A DNA stretch of 63,663 nt, filler included, from Candidatus Fermentibacterota bacterium (GCA_016928395.1; 5 parts of 5 records of this genome joined end to end with filler, not necessarily neighbours in it), one strand, 5' to 3'. Shown: positions 17,360 through 27,614, numbered from the whole stretch's first letter. Program-made: numbers and translations. Notes: a model not told the origin generated them from the letters alone.

Positions 17360-18330
17360 CGACGTGGGATCATCACCTCATCACACCTGAAGACATGGAA
17401 TGCTCATGGAACGGCGGTCTTGGCTCGCTGTTGGCGGCGTTGGTGGGCACGGTCAGGCGAGACTGGCCGATGCTTGAGCAAGGCATCCAGGCCCGGCAGC
17501 ACGCCGAGAAGCGCGCCGTCATCGTCGGAGAATCGACACCGCTCACTGTGGAGCTGTTCCACAACCCGGCACGCCTCTCCAGTGTCATCGCAACGCCGGC
17601 GGAGGATGCCTGGTGCCCACTGTGCCTGGAGAGCGTTCCCCCGGAGGAGAAGGGTGTCGCCGTGGGAAGGAACCTGGTTGCCTTGCCGAATCCCGCACCT
17701 ATCATCCGTGATCACGTGGTGTTCGCCCATCGAGAACACGTGCCGCAGGCCCTGCATCCGTGCCTCGAGGATCTGGCCTGGCTGGCCGCCATGGCTGGCG
17801 AGGACACGGTGCTCCTGTACAATGGGCCCACTTCCGGCGCATCGTCGCCGTATCATCTACACCTGCAAGCCGGCCGAGCGCAGGATCTCCCCCTGACAGG
17901 GCAGAAGTTCCCGGACTCCGCGAGCCGCCGAGACACATCTTGGGGCTCTATCGCCGCCGTGCAGGCTGGCGGGCGCCGGTTCCTGCTGCTGTCAATGGCT
18001 GATCCATACCGCCTACCGGATGCATGCCGGCACGCTTTGGGTCTCTTCCAGCCTGACGGCGAGTTTCCCCTCAATCTCGTGATCTGGCGGCGTGGCGCCA
18101 TCCACGCCGCCCTCTTTCCTAGGAGCCGTCACCGCCCCTCCTGCTACTTTCTCCCCGAAGACCAACGACTGGTGATCAGCCCAGGCTCGGTGGAGATGGC
18201 GGGGCTGGTCGTGCTTCCCCGCCGGCAGGATTGGCAGCGCATGGAGCCATGCACTCTCCAGCGCATTTATCGGGAGGTGTGCCTTGACGACGATGCCTGG
18301 CAAAGGCTTCTCGCGAGACTCTCGTCCTGA
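17356..18330 (+). CDS. DUF4922 protein (HIT-like nucleotide-sugar phosphorylase fold)
   Basis: NPARL, CPLC, LPNPAPI..DH, YNGPTSGASSPYHLHLQAG (HxHxQ), HRPSCY, ISPGSVEMAG. Confidence 0.82.
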   Translation: MTTWDHHLITPEDMECSWNGGLGSLLAALVGTVRRDWPMLEQGIQARQHAEKRAVIVGESTPLTVELFHNPARLSSVIATPAEDAWCPLCLESVPPEEKGVAVGRNLVALPNPAPIIRDHVVFAHREHVPQALHPCLEDLAWLAAMAGEDTVLLYNGPTSGASSPYHLHLQAGRAQDLPLTGQKFPDSASRRDTSWGSIAAVQAGGRRFLLLSMADPYRLPDACRHALGLFQPDGEFPLNLVIWRRGAIHAALFPRSRHRPSCYFLPEDQRLVISPGSVEMAGLVVLPRRQDWQRMEPCTLQRIYREVCLDDDAWQRLLARLSS

Positions 18331-19660
18331 GCCCGCCCTTCCGGGCGTCGAGCCATTGCTCCGCGTCGGCATCAGCCAGCCGGCCGCCTCGTTGCGGTTC
18401 TTCCTATCCGGGCGGTACCAGGTGGGAGACTCAACCATAGGACCAGGCTGGTGCACCGCCCACGCCGAGTACCCCCACGCCGCTGTGCTTTGGGATTACA
18501 CCGAATGCAGGACCGCACAACCGACGCTGCTTGCCCCACTCCGGCCTGCATGTTCGTTCACCCTACCCTGTGTTGATGTCGGCGCCGGGTTCCATTGGTG
18601 CCATCGCGAAGATCTCGTCTACACGGGAACCCTGGAGCTGCTCCCCACACAGAGGAACGAAATCATCGCCGTGAACCGGATCGGCCTGGAGGAGTATCTG
18701 GAGAGCGTGATTTCCTCGGAGATGAACCCCGAGGCCCCTTCCGCATTCCTCGAGGCCCACGCAGTGGTCGCCCGAAGCTGGGCCCTGTCCCAACTGGGAC
18801 CTCCGCGGCAGGTTGACGAACCACGCCCTGCCGGAATTGACATATGGGAGTGGTTTGACCGCGGCAACCATGAGCTGTTCGACCTCTGCGCCGACGATCA
18901 CTGCCAGCGCTACCACGGACAAACCCGCAAGGTCTCCCACGCCGTCGACGCAGTGAGGCGCACGCGCGGCACCGTGTTGCGAGCGGGCGACGCCGTGGTC
19001 GACACCCGGTTCTCCAAATGTTGCGGCGGCATAACCGAGCTGTTTACCACTGCATGGGGAGGGCCTTCACCCGCGGGCATCAGCAGCGTGGTGGATGCCG
19101 CCTGCCTGGCTTCGCCGTGGTCGCCCCGGGGCACTGAAGAGACCGGCGCGTCTGAATGGATTCTCGGTCGCCCACCCGTCGAATGTGCCGTGGAAGATTC
19201 CTCGATCCTGGCGCGCATCCTTCTACCGATGGACCGTTCCACCACAGACTTCTTCCGCTGGTCAGAGGAGTACTCCCAGGAACGCCTGGCATCCTTGATC
19301 GAGGAGAAGACCTGCGCAGGAATCGGGCACATCCGAGGCCTCCTGCCTCTGCGCCGCGGTCCATCAGGGAGAATCGAGATCTTGGAAATACGGGGCACGA
19401 AAGGGGTTCTGCGAGTGGGCAAGGAACTGAGCATCCGCCGCCTCCTGTCGCCCACGCATCTCAAGAGCTCGGCCTTCGTGACGGCGGATGAGGACCACTC
19501 GAACGGCGTGCCGCGCAAACTCCGGCTCATGGGGGCAGGGTGGGGGCACGGCGTCGGCATGTGCCAGATCGGCGCGGGCGTCATGGCCGCCCGCGGCGCC
19601 GAGTGCCGGGCCATCCTGAACCGGTACTTCCCGGAGGCAACTGCGGGCCTTTGGTATTGA
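18284..19660 (+). CDS. SpoIID/LytB domain protein (lytic transglycosylase family)
   Basis: VNRIGLEEYLESVISSEM, AHAVVARSW, DLCADDHCQRY, GAGWGHGVGMCQIGA. Start is TTG 18284 or ATG 18293. Confidence 0.9.
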   Translation: MTTMPGKGFSRDSRPEPALPGVEPLLRVGISQPAASLRFFLSGRYQVGDSTIGPGWCTAHAEYPHAAVLWDYTECRTAQPTLLAPLRPACSFTLPCVDVGAGFHWCHREDLVYTGTLELLPTQRNEIIAVNRIGLEEYLESVISSEMNPEAPSAFLEAHAVVARSWALSQLGPPRQVDEPRPAGIDIWEWFDRGNHELFDLCADDHCQRYHGQTRKVSHAVDAVRRTRGTVLRAGDAVVDTRFSKCCGGITELFTTAWGGPSPAGISSVVDAACLASPWSPRGTEETGASEWILGRPPVECAVEDSSILARILLPMDRSTTDFFRWSEEYSQERLASLIEEKTCAGIGHIRGLLPLRRGPSGRIEILEIRGTKGVLRVGKELSIRRLLSPTHLKSSAFVTADEDHSNGVPRKLRLMGAGWGHGVGMCQIGAGVMAARGAECRAILNRYFPEATAGLWY

Positions 19661-19727
19661 ACACGGTCCATCAATGTAGAACCGGCCCCAGGGCCGTAGC
19701 CCGAGGGCCGGGGTAGGACGTGCGTGA

Positions 19728-20870
19728 CTACTTCAAGACAATGGGCTGTCCAGTGCTCCCGAGATGGGTCAGAATTCGTAGCATGTAGAAGCCCGAAGGA
19801 GTACCAGCGCGATCCCATCGTACGATATGCGAACCGGTGGCCATGCCCTGCCAAAGCTGGGCAACCATCCTGCCCTGCATGTCATAGAGCATCACTTCCG
19901 CCGGTCCTGTCTGCGGCACGGAGAACTGCACATCCGCGTGATCGGCCACGGGCTGCGGCGAAAAAGCAAGGCTCAGCCCCTTGGGCACCTCCGCGGGCAC
20001 CCTGGCCATAACGGGGCCGAACACCTCAGACAGTCCGGAGAAATCAACCTGCTCCAGCCAGTAATAGTAGGTCATGCCGGCAGCGACATCCCGATCGAGA
20101 AATCCATACGACTGTGGGCTCAACGTGGTGCCCGCGCCGGGAATCAGTTCGGCGGTAATGCGAGTTCGGTCTGACATGCCGATGGCTCGGAGGATATTGA
20201 ACCCCATGTTATTCGACTCGGATGCCGTGCTCCAGCTGAGCTCGACTTCCTCGCGGTCGACCGTCGCTGCGAATGACACGAGTTCCACGGGCACGGCGCC
20301 TGCCGCGTTATGGATAACGGCGGTACTTGATGTTGTAGAGATGGAAGTGTTGTCGATGTAGATCACTGAGTCGGCGCCGGCAGTAGCGTAGATTCGAGCC
20401 TCCACGACGAAGCCCTCATCGTCACCACTACTGGCGAAAGTCCACTGATGCGAGAGCTGTTCCCACCCGATGCCCGACGAATAGGAGGCACTACCCGAAG
20501 CGCTACCCGAATAGGAGCTGATGTCGTTAGGATCGCTGGTATAGTGGGCCCAAATCCGCCCCGAAGGGTAGGTGCCCCCGGTCACGTCGTAGACATAGAA
20601 ACTAGCATCGATGACGTCACCGTCGGCGCACCCCGTGATCCACCAGACATAGACCTGGGGAGTGGAGCCTTCGTTCGGCGATTTTGTGTACTTCAAGCTC
20701 CGCGAGCCCGACTGTGCCTGCTCGGCAGTGTTCTCCAATACGACATTGTTGTACGTGCCCAGTGCGGTAGAGACTCCATCTTCCCAGTTGAAGGTCATGC
20801 TCTGCTGGGCGACGGCGACCCCGCCGCAGGTGACCAGCACCGCCGATACCGCCACTACGAGTGCTCTCAT
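19728..20870 (-). CDS. Secreted protein: jelly-roll/CBM-like N-domain, PVEL-Ig domain, T9SS/FlgD-type C-terminal domain
   Basis: GGAGG RBS; signal peptide ending AVA-QQ; PVELVSF; CTD LYDMQGRMV...SGFYMLR. Confidence 0.8.
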   Translation of the reverse strand: MRALVVAVSAVLVTCGGVAVAQQSMTFNWEDGVSTALGTYNNVVLENTAEQAQSGSRSLKYTKSPNEGSTPQVYVWWITGCADGDVIDASFYVYDVTGGTYPSGRIWAHYTSDPNDISSYSGSASGSASYSSGIGWEQLSHQWTFASSGDDEGFVVEARIYATAGADSVIYIDNTSISTTSSTAVIHNAAGAVPVELVSFAATVDREEVELSWSTASESNNMGFNILRAIGMSDRTRITAELIPGAGTTLSPQSYGFLDRDVAAGMTYYYWLEQVDFSGLSEVFGPVMARVPAEVPKGLSLAFSPQPVADHADVQFSVPQTGPAEVMLYDMQGRMVAQLWQGMATGSHIVRWDRAGTPSGFYMLRILTHLGSTGQPIVLK

Positions 20871-21148
20871 GGGTACCTCCTTGAGACACGAGGGTTGACT
20901 GAAGAACCGCCGCACATCCGTCCCTGCGGGAGGATTCGACAGGAATCCGCCGCAGGTCAGCGATCACTATGCCATAGCATCTATGTCCCTCTGGGTGATC
21001 TGTCAAGGCGATGTGATGTGCATCCAGTTCTTCTGGTGAGAGGCCCAGACCCCACGGCGGGCCGCCGCAGGAGCCTGCTGGTTCAGATGCGGCGCAGTCG
21101 GCTCAGGACAGTCCAAGTAAGGAAGGCAGACCCATACCGAGAACAGCG

Positions 21149-21177
21149 ACGGCCGCCGAGGTAGTCTCGGCGGCCGT
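21149..21177 (-). terminator. Putative terminator hairpin between the paralogs
   Basis: Perfect 12-bp stem ACGGCCGCCGAG/CTCGGCGGCCGT, 23 nt past the stop; weak U-tract. Confidence 0.55.
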
Positions 21178-21200
21178 GCGAGAGAATGAGAATCGGGCGG

Positions 21201-22337
21201 CTACTTCACCACAATCGGATGGCTGACGCTCCCCGAGGCCGTGGTGGCGCGCAGCACATACGAGCCCGCAGCCAGACCATTACGCGACAGGTCGAACATA
21301 CAGGAACCGGCGACAACATGCCGCTCACAGACAGCGCTGACCTGGCGACCCTGCAGGTCATAGAGGCTGACGCTGAGTCTGCCGCTGTGGGGAATGTCGA
21401 GCTGGATCTGAGCGGCGTCCTCAATGGGACTCGGTGCCACCGAGAGGGCGAGCCCTGAGGGCAAGCCGGCCGGGACCAGCACAGTAACAGGGCCGTGCAT
21501 GGCAGTGGTTCCCTCAAAGTCAACCTGCTCCAACCAGTAGCGATAGGTCATACCCTGTGAGACCGTACGGTCGACGAAAGAGTATGTATGTGGGGTAGAG
21601 GCGGTACCGGCACCAGAGATCATCTCTGTGCTGACGGTCGTGAGTTCGCCGGAGCCAAGACCGCGGAGAATATTGAAGCCAAGGTTGTTGAGCTCTGAGG
21701 CGGTGCTCCAGGTCAGTTGGACCTCCGCGGGTGTCGCCGAGGCCGAGAACGACGCCAAATCCACAGGAACCGCGCCACCGGCATTATGGATCACTGCAGT
21801 GTTGGAGCTGGTCCTGACGTAACCGTTGTCGATGTACAGAACGTTCGCGCCCTCGCCGCTGTAGATTCGGGCCTCCACGACGAAACCCTCGTCATCGCCG
21901 CTGTTAACGAAAATCCACTGGAAGGAGAGTTCGTTCCAGCCAGTGCCATCCGAGTATGTTGAGCTACCGCCAGCAGAGCCCGTGTAGGACATAACATCGG
22001 TATTGTTGGTGTAGTGGGCCCAGATGCGGCCGCTCGGATTGGCACCCGGGGTGACGTCATAGACGTAGAAGCTGGCGTCAATGGTATCACCGTCTGCGCA
22101 GTCGGTGATCCACCAAATGTAGGCTTGCGGAGTGCCGCTCAACGGGTCCTCCCAGAACTTCAGACTGCGCACGCCGCTCTGGGCCTGTTCAGCAGAGTTC
22201 TCGAGAAGGGCGTTGCCATTGGTACCCAATGCCGTAGACAGACCGTCTTCCCAGTCGAAGGTCATACTCTGCTGGGCGACGGCGACAGCACTGCAGACGA
22301 TCAGTGCGACCATTGACAATAGTACGCGCGCGCTCAC
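21201..22337 (-). CDS. Secreted protein, paralog of 19728-20870
   Basis: GTG after AAGGAGG; shared blocks QQSMTF.WEDG, PSGRIWAHYT, DDEGFVVEARIY, YWLEQVDF; CTD LYDLQGRQV. Confidence 0.8.
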   Translation of the reverse strand: MSARVLLSMVALIVCSAVAVAQQSMTFDWEDGLSTALGTNGNALLENSAEQAQSGVRSLKFWEDPLSGTPQAYIWWITDCADGDTIDASFYVYDVTPGANPSGRIWAHYTNNTDVMSYTGSAGGSSTYSDGTGWNELSFQWIFVNSGDDEGFVVEARIYSGEGANVLYIDNGYVRTSSNTAVIHNAGGAVPVDLASFSASATPAEVQLTWSTASELNNLGFNILRGLGSGELTTVSTEMISGAGTASTPHTYSFVDRTVSQGMTYRYWLEQVDFEGTTAMHGPVTVLVPAGLPSGLALSVAPSPIEDAAQIQLDIPHSGRLSVSLYDLQGRQVSAVCERHVVAGSCMFDLSRNGLAAGSYVLRATTASGSVSHPIVVK

Positions 22338-22579
22338 GGACACCTCCTTGACGTTGACGAGCAGAACCACGACCCGCCCTGGCGGACCCCGAGACCACGC
22401 ACCTCCGGGACCTATGGCAGGCCGACACGCGACCTGAGTGACATGTATGCCCCTGGATGATGGTCTGTCAAGGGATCGTTCCGGTTCTCGGAGGCAGCCT
22501 GCCGAGATAGCCAGTGGAATTGCCCGGAATGACCGGTCAAAGGGTACACCACTGCGGGGCGGCTGCTGCCGTCTGGTCG

Positions 22580-24535
22580 TCAGGGCGCCGTATCGGCGTG
22601 CGGTACGTCGGCAGCGCCCAGACTCCGGCGCATCAAGGCCACGGATGGGCTCTGGCTCTCCACCGCCTCGGACCGACGGATGAAGTCTGTCGCGAGGGCC
22701 GTATCTCCCCGGGCCATTGCAAGAGCAAACCCAATGCTCAATGCGCGAAGGTCGAGCGGCATGATGGAGAGGTACTGATCAAGCCGCGTCTGGGCCTCGC
22801 GGAACCTGCGAGCCTCGAAGTGGCCGGCCACGGAGTACCACAGCAGCTCCGGATGGACCGGATTCACTCGCAAACCATCTTCCGCAACCTCCAGGACGGC
22901 AGCCCGATCGCCCCGCGCATCTCGCTTCAGGTAGGCCCTCGCCAGAGATGAGTGCACTTCAGCCACATTGATCGCTTTTCGTGCGCGAAGGGCCTCCAGT
23001 CTCTCGATGGCATCATCAAGGCGGCCCATATCCAGAAGATCCTGCGCGTCGCTGAGGTCCGCGTAGGCAGCGGTGCCTCGCCGGACTCCGAGATAGTCGA
23101 CGCTGAGGGCGCCGATCAGAATGGCAGCCGCGCCCGCTCGCAATGCTGCTGCCATGCGCCGACGGCAGACAATGCTCTCGTAGATCCTGACCAGGGTGAC
23201 GGCAGCCCCGATGGCAATGAGTGGCACGAGCGGCACCCGATACCGGCCGGTCACGAAGAAGGCGACGATGGTCAGAGAGTAGACGGCTAGAACCTGCAGC
23301 AGCAGCGACACGAACCGCTGATTGAGGGAGGAATCCGTCGAACGGTGCCCGGAACCCGGGCGGTGTAGCAGCTCCGGGAGCCCTACCAGGAACAGTCCCA
23401 GCAACAGCCCAAAGGTCACGGGGCTGAAGCGAAGGGCCCAGTATCGCCCGCGACGCGTCTCCAAAGGTTCATTATTGGGGATCTCCACGCTCCCGATCAG
23501 TGCCGCGACTTTTCTCCCGGTCAGTCGCAGCCAATGTCCTGGCTCCTCGATGATGAAGTTGAGGCCCCGCCGCATCCAATAGTGCGAGATCTCCGATGGC
23601 TTGTGTGGGCGGCCCACGTCCCGCTGTGCGATGGCTACGGCATCCTCATACCCTCCCCACCAGGTATGCCGGGTCCCCGGCACTACGGCCTCGATGCCAT
23701 TGGACTCTGGGTTATTCCCAATGAAGAAGTTCACCCCTCCCTGGGAACTCACCACAACCCAATCCCCGCCGACCACCCGGTTTCGAAGCGTGACTGCCAA
23801 GGGAGGCGCCAGGAAACCCGCTGCCAGCAGCAGGGTGAAGCCTCCTCTCCGGCCGGTCGGCAGCGCACGCACCGACCAGAGAACAATGAATGGGAAAAGG
23901 GCCAAGGCATTGGGGCGGGTTATGGAGAGGAGGCCGAAAAGGAGACCCGCCAACCCAGCCAACGCCGGGTTCATTCTCTGGGCCGACACGAACAGAGCCA
24001 GCAAACCCGCCAACAGAAAAAAGACCTCAAGCACCGGCAGCAGGAGTTCGGCGTCGTAGTAGGTCAACACCCACGAGCACGCGCACAGAAGTCCTGCGGC
24101 CAGGCCGACTCTCCCTCCAAGGCAACGCGCCGCTACTGCGTAGGCCAGAACACACGAGCACGACCCGATGATGACCTGGATCGCACGAAGCAGCAGCAGG
24201 CTCTGGCCGAACAGCCTAAAGAGACCGGCCAGGAAATAGGGGTACAGCGGTGCCCGGAAGTAGGGCGTGCCCTTGATCTGCTCGTACGGAGGAGTCCAGA
24301 CGCCGGTGGCAAGGCCCTTGGCCCATTCCACGTGATACTCCTCATCCATATAGACGAGGTTGAACTCCGGCTGGCGTGATGCCTCGGCCAGATAGAACCC
24401 CCGGAACGCCAGGGCCACCGCGAAGACCAGCACGCCACGGCGCCACTCGAACTCAAGACTCTTGGAATGCCTGACCTCAGGAAGCGCATTCGGGCTCCTA
24501 CGAGAGTCTGCCCGCCGTCTGCCGTGGTATGTCAT
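22580..24535 (-). CDS. GT-C-fold (GT39/ArnT-like) membrane glycosyltransferase with C-terminal TPR
   Basis: MDEEYH loop, FRAPLYPYFLA, ITRPN, GGVNFFIGNNP, GRYRVP; many TM helices; helical repeat tail. Start uncertain. Confidence 0.8.
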   Translation of the reverse strand: MTYHGRRRADSRRSPNALPEVRHSKSLEFEWRRGVLVFAVALAFRGFYLAEASRQPEFNLVYMDEEYHVEWAKGLATGVWTPPYEQIKGTPYFRAPLYPYFLAGLFRLFGQSLLLLRAIQVIIGSCSCVLAYAVAARCLGGRVGLAAGLLCACSWVLTYYDAELLLPVLEVFFLLAGLLALFVSAQRMNPALAGLAGLLFGLLSITRPNALALFPFIVLWSVRALPTGRRGGFTLLLAAGFLAPPLAVTLRNRVVGGDWVVVSSQGGVNFFIGNNPESNGIEAVVPGTRHTWWGGYEDAVAIAQRDVGRPHKPSEISHYWMRRGLNFIIEEPGHWLRLTGRKVAALIGSVEIPNNEPLETRRGRYWALRFSPVTFGLLLGLFLVGLPELLHRPGSGHRSTDSSLNQRFVSLLLQVLAVYSLTIVAFFVTGRYRVPLVPLIAIGAAVTLVRIYESIVCRRRMAAALRAGAAAILIGALSVDYLGVRRGTAAYADLSDAQDLLDMGRLDDAIERLEALRARKAINVAEVHSSLARAYLKRDARGDRAAVLEVAEDGLRVNPVHPELLWYSVAGHFEARRFREAQTRLDQYLSIMPLDLRALSIGFALAMARGDTALATDFIRRSEAVESQSPSVALMRRSLGAADVPHADTAP

Positions 24536-24583
24536 CAGCCTGCCTTCACGATTCGCCGGCCTTGATATCCCTGCCGCCGGAGA

Positions 24584-25546
24584 TCAGCGTCCATTCCCGC
24601 GAGTATCTCCGCGTTCTTCACACGATGCGTCACCACCTCCTGCGTCACGTGTCGGTGAGAGAGCACTCTGGATACCTGGCCCGCTCACGCCGTGGATGTT
24701 GACCGTCTCGTTACCCTCGGTGCGTGATCCTGGTTTCGGGCCCAAGTGCTGACTCTGCCCACCGGTTACACTGAGGGTCAGAGCCATGGAATCAACCGCG
24801 ACGTCCACGGGATGGATAGTGAGATCCAGACGTTGCCCCCACGGAGCGTATGCCAGGAGTTCCTCCAGATCGCGGTGCTCCATCACAATGCACCCGAAAC
24901 TCCAGTTCTCGCACGTTGCACACGAGTCGCGCCGTGTCCGCGACGTATGAATCAGGATCTGCGCCCCCAGAGGCGTATTCTGGGGCGGCGGTACCCCCGC
25001 CTGCAGGGCCAACTCGATGTGCCGAAACTCGGTGTACGTCAGCTCACCCGTGAGGAAACCCCTGAATGCATCCACCCAATTGGGATAGAATACATAGAAG
25101 CATGATCCGTATGATGGGCTGACATGCCTCATAATCAGGTAGTTGCCTTCGGGCGTGCGCTTGTCACCCAGCCGGAGCTTGGCGCCGATGGGTGTGCCGC
25201 TGAGCGCCACGGGATAGACCTTCAGAGTATGCCCGCATGCCTCTGCTACCGCCACGAACTGAGACTTGTACACGTGCAATCTGGGCGGGCACGCAGCCCA
25301 CGATGCCCCGACCTGCCCGTAGGCCTCGGCCAGCGTCTTCTCGCGGTCGGCCCTGATGGCTCGTTCTACCCAGCCTGAGCGCACCGCGTGGGGTATCACT
25401 GTCGTGCGCTCCAGCATCTCCCACGGAATGCCATGGTACAACGATGTGTCTGGACGTGCCGCTGCGCTCAAGATTCCCGGCATGCAGCACAACGAACCCA
25501 CCACGAGCACCGGTATCCGGAAACGGCCCTTCGGGCAGTACACCAT
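24584..25546 (-). CDS. L,D-transpeptidase (YkuD) family protein
   Basis: LHVYKS, KVYPVAL, GDKRTPEGNY, ILIH...WSFGCIVM; AAGGAG RBS. Confidence 0.8.
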   Translation of the reverse strand: MVYCPKGRFRIPVLVVGSLCCMPGILSAAARPDTSLYHGIPWEMLERTTVIPHAVRSGWVERAIRADREKTLAEAYGQVGASWAACPPRLHVYKSQFVAVAEACGHTLKVYPVALSGTPIGAKLRLGDKRTPEGNYLIMRHVSPSYGSCFYVFYPNWVDAFRGFLTGELTYTEFRHIELALQAGVPPPQNTPLGAQILIHTSRTRRDSCATCENWSFGCIVMEHRDLEELLAYAPWGQRLDLTIHPVDVAVDSMALTLSVTGGQSQHLGPKPGSRTEGNETVNIHGVSGPGIQSALSPTRDAGGGDASCEERGDTRGNGR

Positions 25547-25709
25547 AGGTCTCCTTGGCTGGCTGTGAAGCCAGATGCAAATGATCAAGGGTCACGCGAA
25601 ATACCCGCATGGTGTTGCGCTCGTCAATCCGGCCTTGCACCACAGGCATACTTCGGTCAACATTGTGGCGATACTCACAGAATCACACGGAACAGGAGTG
25701 AGAGTTCCC

Positions 25710-27614
25710 ATGCTCACAGAGATCGCTGTTGATCCCGCATCAATTGCCACCGTTGCGGTCACAGGCCAGACCCTGACCTTGAGCGAGGTGGTAGCAGTCG
25801 CCCGGCACCGAGCCCGGATCCGCCTGGACCCCCAGGCTGCGCGACGAGTTGCCCAATCCAGGACAACCGTGGAGAGCCTCGTGCAAAGCGGTCAGAAGGT
25901 GTATGGCCTCACCACGGGGTTCGGCTCGCTTCGCGACGTCGCGATACCGGCCTCAGAAGTGCGGCTTCTTCAGCACAACCTCGTTCGCAGCCATGCCGCG
26001 GGCGTTGGTGAGCCGTTGGGAGAAGACATCGTTCGCGCCATGATGCTCCTGCGGCTGAATACTCTGGCCGCGGGCTACTCGGGCATCCGCGTGGAGACCC
26101 TGGAGCGAATCGTCACACTCCTCAATGCCGACGTCTTTCCCTGGGTCCCCTCTCGCGGATCAGTGGGTGCCTCGGGAGACCTAGCGCCGCTGGCCCATCT
26201 GGCTCTGGTCGTGATAGGCGATGCTGCCGGCAGGATATGCAGCCAGGATGCTCCTTCTGCACCGCTTCGCCAGGGTTCGTATCGAGACCGACCCCGTTTT
26301 GAGCACTTTGTCGACCTCAGTCCCGGAGTGCTTGAGCACGCCTGCGGACTGGAGGCCTACGAGCTGGATGCTAAGGAAGGCTTGGCTCTCACCAATGGCA
26401 CCCAGCTCATGACGGCGCTGGGAGCCTTGGCCCTCTTCGATGTCCTCACGGCCTTCGAAGCCTCTGTGGCAGGCGCGGCAGCTAGCCTGGAGGCCATCAA
26501 AGGGTGCATGCGGGCCTTCGACCCAAGAGTCGCCCAGCTCCGCCGCATGGTCGAACAGGGCCAGGTCGCTGCGTGGCTTAACCTCCTGATGGGCGGCAGT
26601 ACCATCATCTCCGGACGCGCCTACCTTCCCTACTTGAACAGGGTTCGCTCACATATCACCGGTGTGATGGCCTCCGGTCCACCTCACTCCGTTGCAGACA
26701 CCCTCACCGCCGCCGAAGCACAATGCACGATCGCCCTGGACGTAGCGGGCCGTGGGGAATCGCCGGGGGACAATGTCCGCGAGATCTCACGGCTCTTGGC
26801 ACAGGCCATGGGCGAGATGGCATCCACGGGGATGGACCGTGAACGAGCCATTCTAGCGCCCGCTCTGGCCGCCGTGGAGGCCGTCGCCCCTTCCTCGCCG
26901 CGGGTTCAGGATGACTACAGCTTCCGGTGCACTCCTCAGGTTCTTGGGAGCGCTCTGTGGGTCGTGCGGACAGCACTGCAGCGCATATCCAACGAACTGA
27001 ACGCCGTGACCGACAATCCTCTGGTGTTTCCCGGGGAACTCGGGGAGAACAGCGTGGTCAGTGGAGGAAACTTCCACGGCCAGCCTATATCCATGGCCAT
27101 GGATATGGCGGCCATGGCAGCCAGCGAAATCGCCTCCATATCCGAACGGCGGTCAGCAAAGCTGCTGGACTCAACGTTCAACTACGGGCTTCCTGCGCAT
27201 CTCGTGCCGCGGAGCGGCCTCAACTCCGGGTTCATGCTGGCGCAGTACACCGCGGCTGCTCTCGTCTCCGAATCCAAACTCCTCTCCCACCCCGCCAGTG
27301 TTGACTCCATTCCCACATGCGAGTCTACCGAAGATCACGTCAGCATGGGGCCTCTGGCAGGACTCAAGCTCCATCGGGTCGTGGAGAACACGGAGCATGT
27401 AGTGGCTATCGAGCTACTTCTTGCCTGCCAGGCTCTGGACATGTGGCAGCCGCTCAGGCCGGGGCGCGGCGTCGAGGCAGTCCGTCGGTTGGTTCGAGAG
27501 TCGGGTATCCCCTTCGTTGAGCACGACGTGCCGCTCTATCCGCTCATGGAGGGATGTGTCGCTCTGATCCGAAACCGGAGTATCCACTACGCGTTACAGC
27601 GCACCATGAGCTGA
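25710..27614 (+). CDS. hutH: Histidine ammonia-lyase with a large internal insertion
   Basis: VYGLTTGFG, NLVRSHAAG (HAL-type SH), MIO motif GASGDLAPL, KEGLALTNGT, RVQDDYSFRC, SGGNFHG, EDHVSMG. Confidence 0.88.
   Translation: MLTEIAVDPASIATVAVTGQTLTLSEVVAVARHRARIRLDPQAARRVAQSRTTVESLVQSGQKVYGLTTGFGSLRDVAIPASEVRLLQHNLVRSHAAGVGEPLGEDIVRAMMLLRLNTLAAGYSGIRVETLERIVTLLNADVFPWVPSRGSVGASGDLAPLAHLALVVIGDAAGRICSQDAPSAPLRQGSYRDRPRFEHFVDLSPGVLEHACGLEAYELDAKEGLALTNGTQLMTALGALALFDVLTAFEASVAGAAASLEAIKGCMRAFDPRVAQLRRMVEQGQVAAWLNLLMGGSTIISGRAYLPYLNRVRSHITGVMASGPPHSVADTLTAAEAQCTIALDVAGRGESPGDNVREISRLLAQAMGEMASTGMDRERAILAPALAAVEAVAPSSPRVQDDYSFRCTPQVLGSALWVVRTALQRISNELNAVTDNPLVFPGELGENSVVSGGNFHGQPISMAMDMAAMAASEIASISERRSAKLLDSTFNYGLPAHLVPRSGLNSGFMLAQYTAAALVSESKLLSHPASVDSIPTCESTEDHVSMGPLAGLKLHRVVENTEHVVAIELLLACQALDMWQPLRPGRGVEAVRRLVRESGIPFVEHDVPLYPLMEGCVALIRNRSIHYALQRTMS

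Noticed and set aside
20871..20975. Structured leader as a riboswitch
   Set aside because: One hairpin is visible, but I recognise no aptamer motif and the paralog's leader does not share it; an Rfam scan would settle this.
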